Shown: positions 26,655-40,780 of the stretch, piece after piece | How the letters are laid out: every line of letters begins with the position of its first letter | How positions within the stretch are numbered: position 1 is the first letter of the stretch | From: the human T2T-CHM13v2.0 reference genome, Homo sapiens | NCBI RefSeq assembly: GCF_009914755.1 | Contig: NC_060938.1 | Length of the DNA stretch: 64,000 bases | Reading direction: 5' to 3' (one strand) | The notes under the pieces: generated by a model | Told to the model about the DNA's origin: nothing | The model's input: the letters and a program-made list of their open reading frames with translations, nothing else | The model's database searches: none | Made by a program: the position numbers and the translations under genes

Positions 26655-29600
26655 CTAGAAGAATGGGAGAAAGAACACATTAGGAATGTCACTCCTTTTG
26701 CTTGGTACAAGGTGGGTGGGGTACAGCCTGGAAGTACACGCTGTCAGCACTGTCCCTGGCGAGTGGACTGGGAAGGATTTCTCGAGGTGGGCAGTTAGGA
26801 GTCTCCAGAATTAGGCTCTGCTAAAGGGGGAGAAAGGGGTGAGCAACGCTTGCGACAGGAACATCCAAAGTAGCTCGATGCATCCAGCTCATGCATAAGT
26901 AAAATAAAAGTTATTCAGGGGGACAAAGTGTGACTCTCCTGTAACATCAGTGGTCCCCCCCAACTTGCTTATGTGACAGAAGAGCCACCAGTCTGTGGTT
27001 AGGAAGTGACTAGAGAAAGCTCCAGTGGCCCCTTCTTAAGATGTGATCACCTCCACTGTAAGAGATTCCCCAGATGGGTGTCCAGGGGAAGAAAGAGTTA
27101 AGTCACTGGTGCTTCTTTAATGTGAAACCATCACCATGAGTCCCAAGCCCACTAAAAGGCACTAGTTTAAGACCTTCTCACCAAATCATACAACAGAAGC
27201 TAAAACCTCTATAAAACCTAGATGCATGAATCTGAGATCATTATGACAGAGCTGATAAGATGACAACTGAATTCTGAGTTCCTATTTTTTAAAAGTAGAT
27301 CCAAGGTGCTATCCTGCCAAGGGCTTCCTTGCACACAGGCAGTGCCTGACAGGCAGTTCTTAGAGGGCACAACTTCTGACACCACATACTCAGAATAAAT
27401 TCTCTCAGGTACCTGTGGCAGGTCAGGCTAACTGGCAGTATCTAAATATCCAAGTCAAAGCCTTAGCCTGCTTGGAATCACAAAGAACGGTCAGCTGGAG
27501 ATGGACCAAAACTGCCAACACCAAATCAGGAATGGCAAAATGCTCTGGCTTCAGGCAGAAGAGATAGCGCTGGAGAGCATGATAAGAGCACTTCAGCAGG
27601 TCCCCATCAGAGGGGTCTCCCCTCCAAATGGAACACAAACAACCCAAAGCAAGAAGAACTTCATCACACCTACACTCTAGGAATTACGGAAATTATGCTC
27701 TGAACATTCACCTTGAATGCACAACGTTGCACTGAGCTAATCTAGAGAGCCAGTCTGTACATGGGAAGTTCAGGTAGCTTAAATCTATACAAACAGAGGG
27801 CCAGAAATTCAAAAAATGGAACAAGAGTAAATAACTTGGCTTAGCACAAGAATAATGCTGCCTCACATGAATCCTTGTACTAGAGAAGATGTACAGACAA
27901 AAATCTATCAAGAGTTGTGAAAACGAAAGGACTTGAAATTCTCCTGTTATTTAATCCTAAAAGTCCCAGTCATTACAGAGGAAGAGGAGACTGGGAGCAC
28001 CTGTAGTCATCTGAGTTACTTCCTGGTCTCTTAAACATAATACCTCACCTACAGCTCTGTTGAACTGGACATGTGGTTCCCATGACAACCATGGTTCTCC
28101 ATAGCATATCTCTCTTTTTGGGGCAGATGCCTGGAGCACTTCTAAAGTTGTCCTAATCTTGTTAAGTCTGGATTCACTGTAAAATGAATGTTTACTGAAC
28201 TATAGTGACATGAAATATGAAGCTGAGAGGACAGTCAAGTTTGGAACACCACATAACCTGAGGGTAGAGGTAGGTACTCTGTATCATACAACTTTAGCGC
28301 AAAATTATAGATGCCTTCTAACAGTAGCATGAAATAGTGCGACAGAATTGAACCTATTTAAGTATCTAGTCCTTTTGAACTTACTGTTGTTCCCTCTGAT
28401 CATCTACATAAAGATAAGTTGGGCTGCGACTATACCTAAGGAGCTTAAAGGCCAAGAGACAATATTTGGCATGTGTCTGCGGCTCCTGTTTGCTATATAC
28501 TACCTAAGGTGGTTTATTTACATGCAAATTAATTGCCCATCTTTGGTCTCCAGAGCAGCCCAAGATACTCCTGTCTACTAAATCACCCTGATTCTTGGCC
28601 CTCCTCCCAGCTAAGAGCTGTGCACCAGAATTACCCACAATCCCTCTTGTTGATACAAATAAAATTCTAATTGTCTGTTTTCTTTCTGGGAGAGCCCTGC
28701 AAATCTCAAACAGCTAGAATGAAGTTGCACTTGGTTTCACGTGGACCTGCACTAAAGGGGTGGAGCTAAGTATAATCTAACACCAAAATCATCCCCACAA
28801 TGCACTACCCCCTCCCATTCACTGAGCTCTGAAAGGACTCAAATGGACAAGTCTCTCGGTTGGAGGATTGTAAGTGAACTTGGCTGTAGATCATGAGCAG
28901 AAATCTTGGCTTCTCATCTGGGGAGCCAGCCAAGTTTGAGAAGTTGGCTCAACAAGGAAAGGCAGCAGTCCACTGCCTGGTAGAAAGCCTGGGCTGGGGA
29001 CTGTTGTTCTCAAAGTAGTGGATGGAATTTCTGTAGTGGTTCCAGGCCCAATTTAACTAGCAGAAGAGTGGAATCTTACACCAATCCCTGCTGCCATGTC
29101 CATCCCTGAGCTACTAGTGGAGTCAATTTTAAATCTCTCAGAGACAATGGCAAGGATGTATTTTTCTCTTCCCCAAGCTTGATTTGAAAGAACAAGTTAA
29201 AAACATGCAGAACTAACAAGCCTAATTCCAGGCAACTGTGAATTAAATGTTATCACTAATGTTTTGAAAGAGCACATGAAAAACAGAAAAACCTTTACAC
29301 AAGGCTGAGAATTCTCTGTGGGAAACATTTCCAAACCACAGATCCACCCAGACCGATAACACTGCCCGCGCCTCATCCCCACCCCCATTGGAGGACTAGT
29401 TTGCAGGCTTTATCACTGCCTTGTTAACTGTCTTTGCTTGCTGGCAACCCTTTTTGAGAGGGCCAAGATTTCAGAGTTGAAGAAGAAAAACTGGGTGAAG
29501 ACTCCCAGTGTAAGGCATCTAATATCCTCCCCCAAATGCAAAACTGGTTTTAAAAAACAAGCCCAAACAATTGTCTTGAACAAATAAAACTCTACTCAGA

Positions 29601-32600
29601 TGAGCCTGTACTGAGAATGATGTTCAGTAATGAAAACAAATGGTACGGAAAACCCCCTTGTGGAATTAATTAGGCCCTATTCTAGGAGACCACAGAGGTA
29701 TTCTTGGACTGTACAGCAGGCTCCCAAACATCTCCCCTACACATCCTATGGTTACAGTGGCTGGATGCTGCCCACTCTTCTAGTACGCTGGATTTGTACG
29801 TCTGGATGTCTGCCAGAAAACCCTTCCTCCAGGGCATCCCTAACAGAAATACTAAGGGGCTATGCAGTGGTCCACAGATGCTCAACAGAAACTCCCGCAC
29901 CAAATCACTTCCAGCTTTGACATCTCTGCCAAAGTTTTTATTCAGCCTCTCAGTTATATTTCTACCCAACTTTCCACACTGGTAGACAGAATAAAAATCT
30001 TCACCTACAATTTGTCCATCTTTGACACTACCAAGCACGTGTATCTTAAGTGTTGTTAGATGTTGAAGACAAACATTATTTTGTTAGCCAAGAAGTTGCT
30101 ATGTTGGCAAGAAGTCATCTAGGCTAAGGAGGTCTGTTCAAAATTGAGGGAAATCTCTTAAAATTATTTCCTTCCAACTTACTGCAGAGAGACTGCATCT
30201 TTGTTCAAGGCATCACATCAGTCAGTAATCTTATTTCCTCCAAGTTCTAGGCAAATAGCACGGGGAAATAAATGCTTCATTATTCCAGGATGCACAAGGT
30301 TCTCCAGAACAATGCCATGTCTTACAGGCTACCTGACAGCTAACCCCACCTATAAGGGGAACCATCTCAATTCTAATACAGAAAATTCTCAGCATATAGG
30401 GAATTAGTTGCCCACTCAATATTTACTACCTTTACAAAATGTGAAGGTTGTATTTTAGAGGGAAGCTTGTGTTGCTTATGATTCTTATCAAGCTATTCTT
30501 ATTAGAGACTAAGGACACGAGAATACACAGACCCAAAAATCTCATCCGAAAAGATCTATTTCTTACTTCTGATAGATAAGAACAAGATAGGATAAAGCTC
30601 AATTTCTAAGCAACTTAAAATATTCATTTTAATCAACCCAAAAATTATAACATAAAATAATAGGCAGGTAGGATGGGATAAACTCACCAAGCTCCCTAAG
30701 AGAAAGACATGGATTTCAATTTTCCAATACCTGTCCTGCTTGTAGCTGATTGCCTGGTATACATTTCCAACATTATCTAATGTATGTATTTGTTTTCAAA
30801 CTTTTTTCTTTTGGTGCCTAAAATAACTGGCAAATGCTATAATCCAAACAGGGCCTCATACTATAGCCATTTCAGAGAAGGATGCCTTGGTCAGGAAATT
30901 TTAATTAAAAACCAAGCTGAATTCTTTGACCAACTATTTCACCGTTACTGGCATCTTGGAAAAATTCTTTTAGACATAAGAACAACTTTTACCCTAACAC
31001 AGGCACATTTAGGAACTAACTCTGGCATTTGTTATCACTGTAAGCATCACTGTCAACACTCTAAGCAGAGAAAAAGTACATGCATTGTGCAGCACTTTTG
31101 CCATGCAACTGACTGCAGGTAAAACAGACAGTAGTTTCCTGAGTGAATTCCAATCTCGGAGGCTACCAAGCTCGTTCTCTTCTGAATATTCCTAAAGAAG
31201 CAAAGAGCTCTGAGAAGTTAAAAATATTTCATGCCAGAAAGGTCCAGAAGTGGAATTGCACAAATCTGTTTTCAAACCCCTCACAAGTATACTGCAACTG
31301 CAACTCAGTCAGGTGCCATCAAGGATGGTCACTGGAAAAAAAATTGCATTTCCTGACCAACACACTAACCCATACATTTCCTGTATACTTACACTCTTTC
31401 CTAAAGAAATTTCCCAAACAGAAATAAAGCAAAAGGAAGCCCTTGCAATATAATATACCTGTCCCACAAATTTATCTTTAAAATGCAACCTCTTCCCTCC
31501 AAAATATAATAAAAATAACATCAGTGGGATTTTGCGATGTACTGAATTTAGTAGTAAGAATACTCTTTGGGGTTACTTCCTTTAACAAAGCTTACTGGCC
31601 ATTGGAGAAGCTGTTTTCCGTTTGTACTGAAGCAATAGAAAAAAATATTTGCCAAATCAGTTTCACTTTCTGTTAGAGTTAGCCTAACTTCCTAACTCTC
31701 TTCTCAGTATCTTACATTTCTCATGTAGTAAGGCCTATATATTGTAGTGACATTATAAAACATACATGAATGTTTTTATATTAGGATCCACAGAACCCTT
31801 TTCAAATAACTTTTTCAACATCTTCTGTAGTCCTGAATACCTAAGTATTTGGTTGTTCACAGTCCACATCTTTTTTTAAACCTTTTTTCTAAGGCAAAAC
31901 TTAAGAATAGCTCCCTCTTAAATTTTAAAAAATATATTTATTATCCATATTAAATATTGAGAAGTAAGCAGATGCATTCACAGAGGGGAAAAAATGGAAT
32001 CCTTTTTACCCTACACAGTCACAATAGTTGTTTGATATACTATAAAATTTGTTTATAACATATCTGCTTTTTCTCTCCATGCTGTTGTAATTACATTGTG
32101 CAGAGTAATATTTAGAAATATCAACAAATAGATGTGTTAAATTAAAAACAAAGTGTCAAACCAACTTCCTTTGCCTACCCCCAAAATCAAAAGGAAAAAT
32201 CCTAGGCACCTTAACAGCAAACTAAAAACATCTAGACAAAACAATGAGATTAGCATTCCAGGAAAGCAGAAACATTATAATAATTTAATAACAAATTTAT
32301 ATCAACGATCATATGGATGAAAATTTTGAAAAGCAGAAAGCTTTCAAGAACTGCGAGCCAAAATTTCACCAAAAAAACAAACAAACAAACAAACAAACAA
32401 AAAAAACACAACTTTCTCTTACTGGGAAGTCAGTATAATTTCAATTCAAAGGATAATTCTGCAAAGGAAGGCTAAACGATCCTTACCCTCCAGCTCTGAT
32501 CAAGCCCTAGCACAGATTTTACAACTGGAGACTTGCAGGGAAAAAAAAAGTTTTCAACAGACTAGGCCCCAAACATGAAGGATAAAAGTAAATGTGAAAA

Positions 32601-33008
32601 AGGAATTCAATTTTCAAATATATGCATAAGTATATGAGAATACTTCAAGGATAAATAAAATAAAACAAATTATCTTTAATGACTATTACCCAGGGATAAT
32701 TTTTAAGACTTTTGGAACAACTACATCCCCGGATTTTATGGAAATATCAGCTCTCAATAAATAAGTTTTCTTAATGCCTATCTGCTTAGACAACCTGCAC
32801 AATCTTTGCTTGCTCTAATGAAGAGCAGGTATAACTGAGATGGCTTGCCTTTACCCTGTGGTTATCAAGTTCTTATACCAGAGGTATCAAAGTGACATCC
32901 TGCAAATTCTAACAAGCCCCCAAACAGTTGTTCCACACATCATTTTAAAAATCAGAAAAATAACATAAAGTTTTAGATTTCTAATCTTTCTTAAAAAATA
33001 GGAAGATC

Positions 33009-33443
<435 letters not shown>

Positions 33444-34384
33444 TTATGGCCCTCATGGGCATTTGAACTTTTTACCCCCATTCTATACATTTCTTACTGC
33501 TCCCAACTATCAAATATTAGACACTCTGATATACTTATTTCTCTTCCCCTCGCTGATTCTGATTTATTCTGTGTGTATTCTTTTTTCCCTCAAATCTATT
33601 CATGAAACATCCATATTACTGTCTCAGACTCCAAAGACATGGAATTAGTGCTTATCTAAATCCACAGAACCATCTACTGAGAACATTAATATCAAAACCC
33701 TAAGAAATTATTGATAACACTCTATGGTCTCATCCATCACCTTTCAGCAAAGCTGTCTCTGCAATGCCACTTTTCTTCAGCTATTTTTTAATTTTCTTTA
33801 TACCTTTTCTTCAAATACAGAGAATCAGACCATAATAACTTTATGTGACACTTTGATGATGTAACGTTTGGCTCCTCTACATTTCCAATTTTTGCATTAG
33901 AATACCATGTTGTGCTAGATTCTACGGGTCTATAGCAGTCACATGACTTGGTTAAAGGCGATTACCGCATGTGGCTTCAGCTTCACACAATTATACAGAT
34001 ATGGTTTAAAACCTACTTGTTCCTAAATAAATCTTCTGACCACTTTGCCCTGAAATAATACTACCAGACCAGAATGCTGCATTTCTCATTTCCACTTACA
34101 TAGTGGCATCTGGATCCCCTATCTGAAAACTACAGAACAATTCAATTCTTTGCATACAGCTCCTCTTACTCACCTAGAATCACTGAACTTATCACCTGAG
34201 AATCTAGAATAATGGGATTTGCAACCCCCCCACCCTCCAGAACCAGGCCCCACCTCACCTTAGTGGTTAACATTAGAGTTTACTACAATATTAAAAGTAA
34301 TAGTACGATCTCTTTTTCTCTCTGACCCCAAAAAGGAATAGAACTGAACGGAAATAAAAATGAAATGGAGAGTAGGAGACGTAC

Positions 34385-34411
34385 CGCAGATTGAAACCTC
34401 GGTTGCTCTTC
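34385..34411 (-). CDS. MAX: MAX exon 2, 27-nt cassette (EEQPRFQSA), which distinguishes the p22 and p21 isoforms
   Basis: Long pyrimidine tract plus CAG acceptor at 34412-34413; donor GTACGT; phase 0-0; the peptide is visible inside ORF 34283..34564. Confidence 0.98.
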
Positions 34412-35142
34412 CTGGAATAAGAGAGAAAAAAAAAAATAGAAAATATAGAAGTTATTTTTACACTTAACATTCAATAATAAGAAAGAAAATGCCGGCGGCA
34501 GAGGAAGCGGAGGGTGGGGAGTCAGCCCGACACCCCTTCCTCCCTCCCCACCCCTTGCCCCCACCCTTCCACCCTCGGCGGGATCCGGTAGCAGGGTAGA
34601 GGGGTCCCGAGCGCCGCCCCTCCTTCCGGGATCCGACCTGGGCCAGAGGGGTCCCGAGCACTGTCTCCTCCCTGCAGACCCAGCTCGGGCATCTAGGCAC
34701 CCCCAACCCCTCTCCGCCCTTCCCCGGCCCCCAGGATCCGCGGGTCACGGGAGGAGAGGATCGCAGTCCGAAGGGGCAGGTCCTGAACGCCGTCCCCTTC
34801 CCCTGGATCCGGACAATGGGATCCCGGGCGCCCCCCATCCTTGTCCCCCGGATCCTGAGCCGGGGAAGGTGGGAGCGGGAGGCCGCAGCACCCTCCCGCA
34901 AGGGAGGAGGTGGGGGTCCCAGAAGCCGCGTGTCTTCCCCCAACCTCCAGTCCCAGGAGGCCGCTCCGGCCAGGAGCCGGAGGGGAGCGAACCGGGAACG
35001 CGACGGAGGCACTCCTGGCCCCGAGGGGAAGGGGAAGGAGGCGGCGGCAGCCCGGCCCCCTCCCGCCGTCGCCCCGCTAAGAGCCCCGGCCGCTGTCCCC
35101 GCCTGACAACCCGCACGGGAAGGAAGAAGCCCCAGGACTCAC

Positions 35143-35178
35143 GTCGCTCTCCACCTCGATGTCATCGTTATCGCTCAT
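35143..35178 (-). CDS. MAX: MAX coding exon 1 (MSDNDDIEVESD)
   Basis: The reverse complement reads ATGAGCGATAACGATGACATCGAGGTGGAGAGCGAC followed by the donor GTGAGT. This matches the MAX N-terminus, with CK2 sites S2 and S11. Confidence 0.99.
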
Positions 35179-35276
35179 TTCCTACGGCCCAGGGAGCGGC
35201 CACTGCAGCGGCGGCGGGGAGGGGAAGGGGTGAAGGGGAGGGGGAAGTCACCGACAACAACAAGCCGAGTCCCCCC

Positions 35277-35330
35277 CACACACACACTCACTCACTCACT
35301 CACTCGCTCTCTCACTCACACACACACACA
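35277..35330 (-). repeat. Compound (TG)n/(TGAG)n microsatellite in the MAX 5'UTR region
   Basis: The + strand reads (CA)n-(CTCA)4-CTCGCTCTCT-CACT-(CA)n. Confidence 0.9.
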
Positions 35331-35431
35331 ACACGGGCAAGAACCACCTCCTCACTGCAGCACCGGATCAACGGCGGCACGCACGCCCGGTCGGCCCCCG
35401 CCACGTGACCAGGCTCGCAGCGCTGGGGCAG

Positions 35432-35635
35432 CCGAGACTTGTAGTTCTTGTCCCTCTAACAGACGGCCCGGGTAGCTCCAGAAAAACTACAAATCCCGGA
35501 AGAAACCGCATCCAGGCGACGCCAGCCCGGCTTGTTGACGGAGCCCAAGGCGCCTGCGCGTCCCGGGGAGGGGGGGGGGGGGCGGGGGGGGGGCGGGGAG
35601 AGCCGCGGCGCGGCGCCTCCTGGGAGTCGTAGTCC
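35432..35635. promoter_or_regulatory. Three ZNF143/THAP11-type ACTAYRnnnCCCR motifs, one overlapping an ETS site
   Basis: ACTACAAATCCCGGAAG (+, 35486-35502); GGACTACGACTCCCA (-, 35621-35635); variant GAACTACAAGTCTCGG (-, 35432-35447). Confidence 0.75.
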
Positions 35636-36728
35636 GCAGACCGCGAGTTGTCAGGAGATTTTCCTCCCGAGGCGGCAGAGGAGGCTGCTGGGAAGACAGG
35701 ACACGTGGAGGGAGCTGGAACTCCTGGAGCCGGGCACCGTCTGCGCGCTGGACGCCGGGCCCAGGGGACTGGGTGGAGTCTCTGGGGGAGTAGCCGGCTG
35801 TCTAAATAATGCTGCCTCTCTTTGGTGTGACTGGTTATACTTTGTCTTCTTCATACGGAGTGGTTCCGTTTTGCGCCTAGGGGCGTAACCCGCCCGGGAG
35901 GGAATCTGGCTGCGGCGGACCAGGGGGCGCGGCTCGGGATGCCTGCGCGAACCCTCGGGGGCTGGTGGGGAGGTGTCAGTGGCAGGTGTTTCGTGGTGCT
36001 ACCGGACAGGCAGAATGACCGACCTCGCCGGGCGACCGCTCCCAGCCGCGAGAATCCTGTATTCGTTTATCTGGGAGTGACCATCCTCGCTACTCAGCTA
36101 CTCACGTGAGGCTCCAGCGTTCACACAACGCGAACCCTCAACCACTATGGACGTGGAAGTAAAAGCCCCTTCAGAGTTTGTTGTAGCCCAGACAGTTTAG
36201 GCAATATCCCAGCTCAGAGTACCATAATTAAGATTGCAAAAAGGATCAATATGGGAAACTTTTGCAGTTCCCTGTCCAGTTAAAATCATATTTATATACT
36301 GTGGCATGAAGTGTAATCACATGCATTCCACCGATATTTATTGAACACCTAACTTGCCACAAGGGGATGCCATAACGGATAAGACCAAAACCATCCCTGC
36401 CTTCATGCAGCTCACAGCTGTGCAAGCAAGCGTGCCGGTCCTGCCGCCATTGTAAGAGTGTGCAACAAGTCCCATGGGAAGGAAGAAAACCATAACAGAC
36501 ACTTTCCACCCTGAGACAAAGTACCCATACTACTCCTTTACATCTGGTCTCCAAAGTGAATGACATCTTGAGCTTTTCCCATGAGTTACTGATTCCCGGA
36601 TGAATACCATATTATCCCTGACTTTTGAATGTGGAAATTTGGGGATATGTCACACACAATTCTTGTGACACACATTCCTCAACGTGAGCATGTCATCTAT
36701 GCTGAAAAGACAAATGTAAATGTGGTAA

Positions 36729-37089
<361 letters not shown>

Positions 37090-37989
37090 AATATCTGTTG
37101 TATTTCTTATTCAGTGATCCAGTCCTACTAAGTCTGCACATCTTTGCAAGTGAACTTACCTTTTCTACATGCTTTTGTCTCATAGTGTTCCTTTCCTGCT
37201 GAGTTGGGGAGACAGATATAAGCAGACCATTATGTGATAAGAGCTGATGGGCTATTGGGGAGACAGACGGCCACTTTTGAGTGAGTTAATTAACTGGATA
37301 CTAGAAGTTAAAGCTAATTGATGATTACAACAGACAGTTCTTGGGTGCCTGCTATGAACAGAGCACTCTAGGGCAACCCCGGCTACAAGTTAAAATCATC
37401 CTAGGAGCTTAAAAAAGTTCCCATCCCCAGGCCACACCCCAAACCAATTAAGCCAGAACCTCTGAAGGGGAGATCCAGACTGAAGGATTTTTTTTTCCAG
37501 ACTGAAGGATTTTTTAAAGCTCTTCCAGTAATTCCAGTGTGCACCCAAGACTGAGAACCACAGCTATAGACGATGCCAGAATAAATAAGATAGTTTCCCA
37601 TTGAACTGTATGCTTTTAAAGAGTGAATTTTATGGTATGTCAATAACTATATTCCAATAAAACTGTTATAAAAGAAAAATAAGATAATCTTTACCCATGT
37701 GGAATTTAAAACCTGACAGGAGTAAATTATCAACTCAAATAATTGTGATGAAGACAAATTATGTAAGTGTCAAATTGTTTGTATAGACAGTGAATGCTGT
37801 AAGAGCTCAGAGGAGGAAGAAGGAGTGCCAGGTATGAGGTGGGGTTGGGGAGGTGTTGGTGACCAGGGAAGTCTTCTGAGGTTGTCAGTTGCATTAGGGT
37901 AAGGGCTGGGTCTGCAAAGGCCACGTAACATTTTGCTTATCGTGAATAACGTGGACTGAGGTGAGGAGGAAAGGCTTTCCTGGTAGGGA

Positions 37990-38900
<911 letters not shown>

Positions 38901-39702
38901 CCCAAATGTAGGGATTTTCATGAGTGAGGCACATACACACAGGAAAGAACGAGGCAGATGAGAAGTTTCCTTAGTGTTCCTTTTCAGTGTTTCTCTGAGG
39001 TGCATCTAGGACCGCAAGAATTCATTTTCATCCACACTTGAGTGTCTTTGGTAAAACCCCAGGTGAGCTTATCGGGGCTGCACTGCAAACACATCACAAG
39101 GAAGCTGGTAAGAAATACAGAACCTCAGTCCCCACCCAGACCTACTAAATCAGATCTACATGATAACATTAGGCCCAGGTAATTCATATGCACATTGGAG
39201 TCTGAGAGCTGTGATGAAGAGGGAGTGGAGTAGCGGTGGTGTGAGCAGGTGGATTCCTTCCATTATCTCTTTAGCTCTTTTACAATTTGGCTCCCACACT
39301 ACCACTTGACTAAAATCACTCTTCCAGGCCACTAGCTACCACTTTGTTGCCAAATCCAAAGCCTTTATCTTATTTGACCTGATGTTGGCCATCTACGCTG
39401 TTGGCCGCCCCTCTCTTGAAGGCCAAGAATTCCTGTGCTTTTCTCCTTCCCACCATCACTGTTTGCGTTCCAGGGACCTTTTGGTTGGCACTTGCCTCTC
39501 TGTCTTCCACCCTCTGCCTGCTAGGACCCTCTACCTCCTGAGGCTTTGGTGACCAGCTCTCTGATGGTGACCCCAAGACCACACCTCTCTTTTTAATTCT
39601 AGATTGTTATATGCAATTTACTTCTGGACACATTTACTTGAATTATTCCACAGGAAACTCAAAACACAAGGCTTATGGATGAGTGAGAGAAAGCAAGGTT
39701 TT

Positions 39703-39770
39703 CTTTTTTTTCTTTCTTTTTTTATTTCCTGTGACACAGCCCTCAAGAGATCCTGAGAACATGTGTGCCA
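39703..39770 (-). mobile_element. ~43-nt ERV1 (MER4/MER41-group) LTR fragment with poly(A) tail and TSD
   Basis: TGGCACACATGTTCTCAGGATCTCTTGAGGGCTGTGTCACAGG plus an A tail; TSD AAAGCA(A)GGTTTT at 39690-39702 and 39771-39782. Confidence 0.75.
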
Positions 39771-39889
39771 AAAGCAGGTTTTGATACAGCATTTAGAGTG
39801 TGACTCATTCATGTAAAATCGAGTATATCTGTAGGAGCATATATGTGTAGAGAAATATGTAGAATAGTATTAATCAAAAACTTTAATAG

Positions 39890-40005
39890 CTGGTTGAGCA
39901 TAGTAGCTCATGCCTATAATCCCAGCACTTTGGAGGCTGAGGTAGGAGGATTGCTTGAGGCCAGGACTTAGAAATCAGCCTGGGCAACATAAGGAGATCT
40001 TCATC

Positions 40006-40053
<48 letters not shown>
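39890..40053 (+). repeat. Alu monomer (FLAM-like) ending in a perfect (CA)23 microsatellite (40008-40053)
   Basis: Read directly from the sequence. Confidence 0.9.
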
Positions 40054-40055
<2 letters not shown>

Positions 40056-40289
40056 GAGAAAACATTTTAATAGTGTTTGTTTCCGAGAGGTGGGATTTTC
40101 AATGATTTTTTTTTAACTGAGTAGCATCATTCTCACCAAAATAGTAGAGCTATTAAAAGACAACTGCTATCTCAATAAGCCCACTATCTTTCCTGAGCAG
40201 CAAACTTCTCAAGCCATAACCCACAGGAAGACAGTCCTAATCATTTCCCATGTCAGTTGTGCTTGCTTTCTCTTTATCTGGGGGAAGGA

Positions 40290-40780
40290 GTGTGACTATC
40301 AAGGTTTCCCACAGGAACCAGCTGACACACTCAAATTAGGATTGTTTGAGTTTTTAATAAAGAGGTTGTTTGCAAATATGTGGGCAGGCTCTAAAGAAAC
40401 TTCAAGGGATTGCACAGTACCATTGGGAATCTGTTCTCACCCCGAGGCCTACAGGGGAGAGGGGACAGAGTGGTGACCAGAACTGGGGGGTTGGGGGACT
40501 GTGTGTGTGGAGAGAGCCCAAGAACAAGAACTTAGACCCATGGCCCAGAGTGGTTGGATCTAGAAGGCCAAATGGAAGATCTCTAAGCACAGTGAGGGAC
40601 CCTTTCCTCCTCTTCTCGCATTTTTAGAGAAGGCTGAGAACTTCCAATCTACTCTACAGGAAAGGGAAAATATGGGAGGAATACTTCTGGCCTCTCTGCC
40701 CTCTCCTTCATTTCCCATTGGTGGGTGAGTGACTGAATCATCAACTTGGTGAGTTGCAAGGAGAAACTGGTCCCATGTGG
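40290..40780 (-). mobile_element. Old ERVL LTR (LTR33-like), degraded
   Basis: CAGGAACCAGCTGACACACTCAAAT...TTTAATAAAG...TGTGGGCAGG resembles LTR33 from memory; boundaries approximate. Confidence 0.45.

Larger units (their letters stand above)
34480..36140. promoter_or_regulatory. MAX: CpG-island promoter, exon 1 and intron 1 of MAX; TATA-less
   Basis: Very high GC and CpG density compared with the flanks; contains GC boxes, CACGTG E-boxes, ACTACA-type motifs and ETS CCGGAAG. Confidence 0.95.

Noticed and set aside
34464-35888. Long Pro/Gly/Arg-rich ORFs on both strands
   Set aside because: Expected from stop-codon depletion in a CpG island. Only the 36-nt exon 1 is supported here.
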